64,000 nt of DNA. Source: a candidate division FCPU426 bacterium. GTDB taxonomy: Bacteria > Oederibacteriota > Muellerivitia > Muellerivitales > Muellerivitaceae. A program made the position numbers and the translations under genes. The stretch spans positions 1,344,001 to 1,408,000 of the forward strand of contig CAWCKJ010000004.1 in the NCBI GenBank assembly GCA_963796105.1, written 5' to 3'. Below the pieces are notes generated by a model. That model ran no database searches. It was not told where the DNA came from and saw only the letters and a list, made by a program, of their open reading frames with translations. This document shows positions 58,382-64,000 of the stretch, piece after piece (positions within the stretch are counted from its first letter, which is position 1; every line of letters begins with the position of its first letter).

Positions 58382-58726
58382 TTTCACCACAGGTCCATTC
58401 GCGCCTCGACGAATGGACCTGCCTCGACAGCGCGCAGAGGAACAAATAAGATTTTTTACTCAACTTTGGCAAATCTCGGTTTGACTTGCGTTTCCCCCTC
58501 TGAAAGAGGGGGATTAAGGGGAAGTTAGCCTTTTCGTATTAATCAGAGAACGACTAATACCCCCCAGTCCAACACCGCTCATAGGGAAAAACCCGTATGT
58601 TACCCACAAACCGAAATACCCCTTTTTCAAAGTGGGGAAATCAGCACCAGCGACATTTTTTTGAAATTTGCCAAATTTGGGTTTTTATTTATTTAATCCC
58701 ATGAATCCCATGTATCCGTGGCGAAA
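58382..58726. repeat. Nested composite palindromic element, copy 1
   Basis: Outer TTCACCACAG/CCGTGGCGAA; middle CTCAACTTTGGCAAAT/ATTTGCCAAATTTGGG; inner CCCCCT..AGGGGG doublet. Confidence 0.8.
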
Positions 58727-58764
58727 AAGTTTTGTTTTTGATTTTTTGGCATGTCTAGAAGGAT

Positions 58765-59730
58765 TCAGCTTGCGGAAGGACGTTTTTTAAATAATTCCCA
58801 AAGCTCCCTGCGTCCGAACATTCCCCTGGGCCTCCAGAGCATCATGAGGATCAGAAGCAGGGAATAAATGACCATGCGCAGGTCGATGCCGGTCCACTGC
58901 TGGATGGGCCTCAGGGCCTCCGGCAGGAAGGTCAGGATGAAGGCCGCGATCAGGGAGCCGGAGACGGAACCCATGCCCCCCAAGACCACCATGATGACGA
59001 TCTCCACGGATTTCATGAAGTCGAACGAACTCGGGTTGATGAAGGAAAGGTAGTGGGCGAACAACCCTCCCGCAACGCCCGCCGCCGCGGAGGAGGCCAC
59101 GAAAGCCTGCACTTTATAATGGGTGGTGTTGACTCCCATGGCCTCCGCCGCGATCTCGTTCTCGCGGATGGAAAGAAGGGCCCGGCCGTGCGTGGAGAGG
59201 ACGAAACGGTGAGTGGCCAGGACGCAGAGGGCGAGGATGAAGACCACCAGGAAAGCCGTGGTGGTGCCGGGAATGCCGATGAAACCCCTGGCGCCCCCCA
59301 CGGCTTGGATATTCAGGATCGTGACCCGGATGATCTCGCCGAACCCAAGAGTGGCGATGGCCAGGTAATCTCCCCTCAAGCGAAGCGACGGCAGGCCCAC
59401 CAGGTATCCCGCCAGGGCGCTTAAGAGGGCCGCGGCGAGGAGGGAAATGATCAAGGCGCACTGGTTTCCCGCGAAGCTTCCGTGCAGGGGCGCCAGAAGA
59501 AACACGTTCACCGAGGCGGCGGTATAGGCGCCCACCGCCATGAAGCCGGCGTGCCCTAAGGAAAACTGCCCCGAGAGGCCGTTCACCAAGTTCAGGGAAA
59601 CAGCCAGGATGGCGTTGATGCTGGCCAGGATGAAAAGCTCGCTGAAATAGGGAGGCATCACGGCTGTGAGCCCTTGGGCCGCGCCGGCGATCGCCAATAA
59701 AAGCAAAAGCCATTTCAAATTAGAAACCAT
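58765..59730 (-). CDS. livM: Branched-chain amino acid ABC transporter permease
   Basis: GQFSLGHAGF, LRLRGDYLAIATLGFGEI, IRENEIAA, VVLGGMGS, RPRG. Confidence 0.94.
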   Translation of the reverse strand: MVSNLKWLLLLLAIAGAAQGLTAVMPPYFSELFILASINAILAVSLNLVNGLSGQFSLGHAGFMAVGAYTAASVNVFLLAPLHGSFAGNQCALIISLLAAALLSALAGYLVGLPSLRLRGDYLAIATLGFGEIIRVTILNIQAVGGARGFIGIPGTTTAFLVVFILALCVLATHRFVLSTHGRALLSIRENEIAAEAMGVNTTHYKVQAFVASSAAAGVAGGLFAHYLSFINPSSFDFMKSVEIVIMVVLGGMGSVSGSLIAAFILTFLPEALRPIQQWTGIDLRMVIYSLLLILMMLWRPRGMFGRRELWELFKKRPSAS

Positions 59731-59745
59731 TTAAAAACTCCTGGC

Positions 59746-60034
59746 AGGCTGCTAAAAAATAAAATAGGCCCACATACCGCTTTTCTTATTCAACAAATTA
59801 ATATTGAAAGCGGCATAGTCCCACTTTCATTAAAGCAGTATCGAAAAGTGAGACAAAGTTGCCTGCGGCCCCAAAGATTCCGCAGGAATCGTAGGGTTAC
59901 CACGAATGTCGTCAGATGCCCCCATTTCTCAATGTTTAAACTTTCGTAATGAAAATGGGGACGTCCTCATGCCCTTTGATTTATTTTCAAAGAGGCATCA
60001 GGGAAAAAGTCCGTTCGGGCTTTTTTAGCAAGCT
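59746..60034. mobile_element. MITE-like non-coding element filled with tandem hairpins
   Basis: Terminal IRs AGGCTGCTAAAAAA / TTTTTTAGCAAGCT (12/14); six to seven internal stem-loops. Confidence 0.6.
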
Positions 60035-60046
60035 AAATGGGTTTTA

Positions 60047-60886
60047 CTACCAGCGTTCCGCGGCTTCCACTGTCTGGGTGATGAGGGTGGCGATGGTCAT
60101 GGGGCCGACGCCGCCGGGAACAGGCGTATAAGCGAAGGCACGATCCTTCACTCCATCCAGGTCAATATCCCCCACACCGCCCGGGTGGTAGCCAGCGTCC
60201 ACCACCACCGCAGCGTCCTTGATCCAGGAGGACTGGATGAACTTGGGCCTTCCGACAGCCCCCACCACCAAGTCGGCCAGCCTCACCAGGTCCCCTAGGT
60301 CCTTGGTCTTGGAATGGCAGATAGTGACCGTGGCGTTGGCGTTCATGAGCATCATGGCCATGGGTTTTCCCAGGATGGGGCTTCTTCCCACCACGACCGC
60401 GTGCATACCGGCCAGGGTGATGGGGTAATGCTTCAATAGGGTCATGATGCCCTGGGGAGTGGCGCTTCCATAGGCCTTCTCGCCCATGGCCAGGCGCCCG
60501 AACCCGTGGGTGGTCACGCCGTCCACGTCCTTTTCCAGCTTGATGGAGTCGAAACAGTGCCTCTCATCGATCTGTTTGGGGACGGGATGCTGGAGGAGGA
60601 TTCCCGCCACGTCGGGATTATTGTTCAATTCCTTGATCTTTTCCGCCAACTGCTCGGTGGTGGTATGCTCCGGCATCTCCACCTTCAGGGATTGCAGGCC
60701 CACCCTTTGGCAGGCGTTGCCCTTCATTTTCACGTAGGTCACGGAGGCTGGGTCCGCCCCCACCAGGATAGTAGCCAGCATGGGCGTCCGGCCTTGGTGC
60801 TTTTCCCGGATCTTCTTCACCCGCTCCGCCAACTGCAGTTCGATTTCCTTCGCCAAAGCTTTTCCATCCAGGACTATAGGAGCCAA
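60047..60886 (-). CDS. folD: Methylene-THF dehydrogenase/cyclohydrolase
   Basis: [37 protein letters not shown]. Confidence 0.97.
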   Translation of the reverse strand: MAPIVLDGKALAKEIELQLAERVKKIREKHQGRTPMLATILVGADPASVTYVKMKGNACQRVGLQSLKVEMPEHTTTEQLAEKIKELNNNPDVAGILLQHPVPKQIDERHCFDSIKLEKDVDGVTTHGFGRLAMGEKAYGSATPQGIMTLLKHYPITLAGMHAVVVGRSPILGKPMAMMLMNANATVTICHSKTKDLGDLVRLADLVVGAVGRPKFIQSSWIKDAAVVVDAGYHPGGVGDIDLDGVKDRAFAYTPVPGGVGPMTIATLITQTVEAAERW

Positions 60887-60922
60887 ATTTCACCTCTTTT
60901 TAGTTTTTATTAAAGACCCATA

Positions 60923-61218
60923 TTCACCACAGGTTCCTCCGGAACCACAGTGGCGCTTCGCACCACACAGTTTAAATTATTCTCAACTTTGGCAAATTTG
61001 CGGAACACACTATGTCTCCCCCTCTGAAAGAGGGGGAATATGGGGAAGTTAGTCTTTTCTTGCCTCTTTACCAAAGGCTAATACCCCCTATCCCCCTTTT
61101 TCAAAGGGGGGAATTGATGTTTACGATGCGTCTTTCAAGATTTACCAAAATAAAATTATTAAAATTTTGAGTGCGTTCTTAACCGTGCCTTTGTGGTTTC
61201 GAAGAAACCTGTGGTAAA
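60923..61218. repeat. Nested composite palindromic element, copy 2
   Basis: Outer TTCACCACAG/CTGTGGTAAA; CTCAACTTTGGCAAAT at 60982; inner doublet 61017-61112. Confidence 0.8.
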
Positions 61219-61241
61219 TTTTTTTGAGCCTCTTCTTATTT

Positions 61242-62144
61242 TTAAACTTTTTCCGGCTGGTATTTTCCAAACAACCCCGCCGGTTTGAAGAGAAGGATGA
61301 GGATCAGGATAGCGAAAGCCAGGGCGTCGCGGTAGGTGGAGGAGCCGTAGCCCACCACCATGGCCTCGGCGATGCCCATGATCAAGCCACCCACCACCGC
61401 CCCCCGGATGCTTCCAATGCCCCCCAGCACCGCCGCCACGAAGGCCTTGATTCCGATCATGACCCCCATAAGGGGGTCCACCCTCGGGTAGCAGATGCCC
61501 ACCAAAATGCCCGCCGCTGCCGCCAGGGCGGAACCGATGATGAAAGTAAAGGAAACGATTCGTCCCGTTGGAATTCCAACCAGCGAGGCGAGCTCATGGG
61601 AAAAGGATACGGCCCTCATGGCCCGTCCTAATTTAGTCTTCTGCACGATCCACTCCAAGATGATCATCAGGAAAAGGGCCGTCATGAAAACAGTGATTTG
61701 CTGGTTGGTCACGGCCACTTGGCCGAACTGGAAGAGGGCTGTCTGGGGCATGATTTCCGGAAAGACGCGGGGGGTGGCGCCGAAAATCACCTGGCCCAGG
61801 TTTTCCAACAGAAGGGAGACACCCACCGCCGTGATCAAGAGGTTGAGCCTTGGAACGTGCATGAGGGGCCTGTAGGCGAAGCGCTCGATCAAGAAACCAA
61901 GTAAAGCCGAGGCAGCCATGGCGGCTACCAGCACGATCAGGAAACGCCCGATACCGGGATTCGTGCCGGCTCCCACGGCGATGGCCGTAAAAAGCCCGGC
62001 GTAAGCCCCCACCATGACGATGTCGCCATGGGCGAAATTAATCAGCCTCAGGATGCCGTACACCATGGTGTACCCCAGCGCGATCAAGGCGTAGATGGAA
62101 CCCAAGGCCGCGCCGTTTAATAAAAGTTGGAAAAAACCTTCCAT
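61242..62144 (-). CDS. livH: Branched-chain amino acid ABC transporter permease
   Basis: GSIYALIALGYTMVYG..INFAHG, GRAMRA, KAFVAAVLGGIG, KPAGLFG. Confidence 0.95.
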   Translation of the reverse strand: MEGFFQLLLNGAALGSIYALIALGYTMVYGILRLINFAHGDIVMVGAYAGLFTAIAVGAGTNPGIGRFLIVLVAAMAASALLGFLIERFAYRPLMHVPRLNLLITAVGVSLLLENLGQVIFGATPRVFPEIMPQTALFQFGQVAVTNQQITVFMTALFLMIILEWIVQKTKLGRAMRAVSFSHELASLVGIPTGRIVSFTFIIGSALAAAAGILVGICYPRVDPLMGVMIGIKAFVAAVLGGIGSIRGAVVGGLIMGIAEAMVVGYGSSTYRDALAFAILILILLFKPAGLFGKYQPEKV

Positions 62145-62245
62145 TCGGCAAGTCTCCATTAGTTAATGAAAAAATTTATTTTATACGTCTTATCTGAGGA
62201 AATTACGATGTCATTGAATAGGCGCTGAATTTAATGATGATTTTA

Positions 62246-63231
62246 TATGCTTATGCACAAAGTGACCGTGCTGTAATGGGTTTTGCTAAGGCACATGCGG
62301 TCAAAGCACGGTGAAATAAGGAATCGGGATCATGACGACGGTTGAACCGATAGGCATATTCACTTAGATACCGGCCTAAATACTTAGCATCAACGCCATG
62401 ATGAGTTCCAATGATCCAGGCCTTGGCGTTGGAAATGAACCGGTGTACCCAGGGCAACCAACTTTCCAACTCTTTCGGGTCATTGGCCATCACCCGGTAG
62501 TCTGCCTCCACTCCTTTGAGTTCACGCAAGGCTGGCGAAGCATCTGTGTTGAGGAAAGAGCCTTTTTCCATAGTCTGATTCACGAATTCCTGGCTCTCCC
62601 ACTTGGTTTCCATAGCTACCTTCACCTTGGCAAAACCCGCTTTTTCCTTCTTGCAACCATTCTCATCCACCCATTCCTTGCTTTCCACCGCCACCAAGAC
62701 TTCCACTTGGTTTTCCTTGGCCTTTTTCCCAAAAACCGCCCCATCCAACTCAATGACGCCCTTTAGAGTATAGCTTTCGTCCTTTTGCCTAAGACCTTCC
62801 CGGATCTTATGCAATAGAAGCCATGCCGAATGATCCGAAAGATTTAAATGCCGCTTCAGTTCCAGGGCCGAAATACCCCGTTTGCCCTGCATCATCAAAC
62901 TGATGGCCCTGACCCAGGTTAAAAGAGGCAGCTTGGAGCTTTCAAAAATCGTCCCGGCGCGAAGCCGAAGACGTTTCCGGCAATAGTCACATTCCCTCAC
63001 TTCAGGCTTGGCCTGGTGTTGCCAGAAGCTTTCGCCCTCACATTGGGGACAAACAAAGTCTTTCCCGCCGAAACGGCATCTCCACACCCATTGGCGGGCT
63101 TCTTCTTCCGTGTGGATTTTCCTCAGAATTTTAATGCTTTTCATCCGCTGGTAGCTCATGTACCACCTCCCGTAGCGGACAGTATACCTATGTATTCCTT
63201 TATTTCAAGGGTCACTTAATACAGAAGCATG
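62246..63231 (-). mobile_element. Complete IS1595-family insertion sequence (986 bp)
   Basis: TIRs ATGCTTATGCACAAAGTGACC vs rc ATGCTTCTGTATTAAGTGACC (17/21); 8-bp TSD TGATTTTA at 62238-62245 and 63232-63239. Confidence 0.92.
62251..63159 (-). CDS. IS1595-family transposase (ISSod11-like, His at the third catalytic position)
   Basis: Zn ribbon CPQC/CDYC, GTIFE.SKLPL, IELD, NTD, LPWVHRFISNAK, YLSEYAYRFNRR. Confidence 0.95.
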   Translation of the reverse strand: MSYQRMKSIKILRKIHTEEEARQWVWRCRFGGKDFVCPQCEGESFWQHQAKPEVRECDYCRKRLRLRAGTIFESSKLPLLTWVRAISLMMQGKRGISALELKRHLNLSDHSAWLLLHKIREGLRQKDESYTLKGVIELDGAVFGKKAKENQVEVLVAVESKEWVDENGCKKEKAGFAKVKVAMETKWESQEFVNQTMEKGSFLNTDASPALRELKGVEADYRVMANDPKELESWLPWVHRFISNAKAWIIGTHHGVDAKYLGRYLSEYAYRFNRRHDPDSLFHRALTACALAKPITARSLCA

Positions 63232-63291
63232 TGATTTTAATATTGTCTTTATCAATCGTTATCAGTTTTTCAAAAAAACACAAGCCTTCCT

Positions 63292-63337
63292 CTGTGCCTC
63301 TGTGCGCTGCCGAAGGCAGCCTGTGGTGAATGCTTTC
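63292..63337 (+). repeat. CTGTG-hairpin-CTGTGGTGAA repeat
   Basis: CTGTGCCTCTGTGC-GCTGCC-GAA-GGCAGC-CTGTGGTGAATGCTTTC. Confidence 0.85.
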
Positions 63338-63454
63338 TTCAAGCGATTTTACCCACGAAGCTGGAAACACTAAACAGAAAAACAAGAGGGCGCGGCGCTT
63401 CCTTGAAGGGCGGCGGGCTGGGATAATAGGTTTATCTGATCCCAAGGAGTTTTC

Positions 63455-64000
63455 TTGGCTTCCAAAAAAACTGTCCTCATCGCGAACCTCGTGTTCAGCC
63501 TTTTTTTCATCCTGAACGTAATAGCCATCGTGACGGGGCTTTCTTTTTATCCCCAGCAATGGAGGTTTTTCCTGCTCGCGGCGGTTTTGGGAAACCTGCT
63601 ATGGCTTTTATTTCCCCTCATTCTCAAGAGGCATTCGTCCCCCTTTTTCCGGCTTACCCGGGCTGTATTGGGACCCTTCTGGGTCTTATGGAACTTTTTC
63701 ATCCTGCTTTATTCCGCCTTCATCCTGATTTTGGGGCTCCTATGGTTTCTTTCGGCGAAATGGATGGGTATTCCTTTTGACCATTTTGCCTATATTCCCT
63801 CCAACGTCTTCCTGGGGGTCATCGCCTTCGTTTGCGTGGTTGGTTACTTCCAGGCTTTGATTCCCATTGATTTGAGGAAGGTCACAATTCCGATCCGGAA
63901 CCTTCCAAAGGAGTTCATCGGCTTCAAGATCGCCATGGTTTCGGACCTGCATGTGGGCTTGTTTACCCGGTTTTCCCGGCTCCAAGAATTTGCCAGGACT
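63455..64000 (+). CDS. Membrane-anchored metallophosphoesterase (YkuE-like), partial (runs off window end)
   Basis: Manual translation from TTG at 63455 after AAGGAG: about four TM segments, then NLPKEFIGFKIAMVSDLHVG. Confidence 0.88.
   Translation, partial: MASKKTVLIANLVFSLFFILNVIAIVTGLSFYPQQWRFFLLAAVLGNLLWLLFPLILKRHSSPFFRLTRAVLGPFWVLWNFFILLYSAFILILGLLWFLSAKWMGIPFDHFAYIPSNVFLGVIAFVCVVGYFQALIPIDLRKVTIPIRNLPKEFIGFKIAMVSDLHVGLFTRFSRLQEFART

Noticed and set aside
60887..61241. THF or ZTP riboswitch upstream of folD
   Set aside because: The spacer is accounted for by the nested repeats; no riboswitch consensus recognised
62221..62237. GGCGCTGAATTTAATGA as the IS right end
   Set aside because: Poorer match to the other end and no TSD; the 62246/63231 boundaries give a better TIR and an exact 8-bp TSD
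63559..63780. 73-aa ORF or frameshifted pseudogene
   Set aside because: Wrong frame; an uninterrupted metallophosphoesterase frame runs from 63455 to the window end

Overview
Bacterial chromosomal window from a diderm organism (outer-membrane beta-barrels, lipoproteins). Genes are moderately GC-rich and the spacers are AT-rich. The many Thr/Pro-linker proteins and plant-glycan enzymes are reminiscent of FCPU426-like candidate-phylum genomes, but this is not established. Most of it is non-operonic housekeeping and metabolism: serS, ald, sua5/tsaC, thrH, aroK, gpsA-like, bcp, icd, leuCD, folD and a split livHM/livGF, plus CE7, GH67 and GH5 enzymes, a ParE-type toxin-antitoxin pair and one complete IS1595-family element (TIRs and an 8-bp TSD found). 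The most unusual content is: (1) a duplicated module of an OM beta-barrel followed by Thr/Pro-stalked NHL-propeller lipoproteins, next to a GT-C glycosyltransferase; (2) several interlocking families of intergenic palindromic repeats, including nested composites, covarying GAA-triloop hairpins placed just upstream of RBSs, and tandem ~38-bp palindromes with an ATAA-N-TTAT core; (3) a PAP2/AUR1-type lipid phosphotransferase fused to a degenerate PEP-synthase ATP-grasp domain; (4) several enzymes and regulators with substituted key residues. No rRNA, tRNA or CRISPR array was seen. All calls come from reading motifs by eye; no searches were run.
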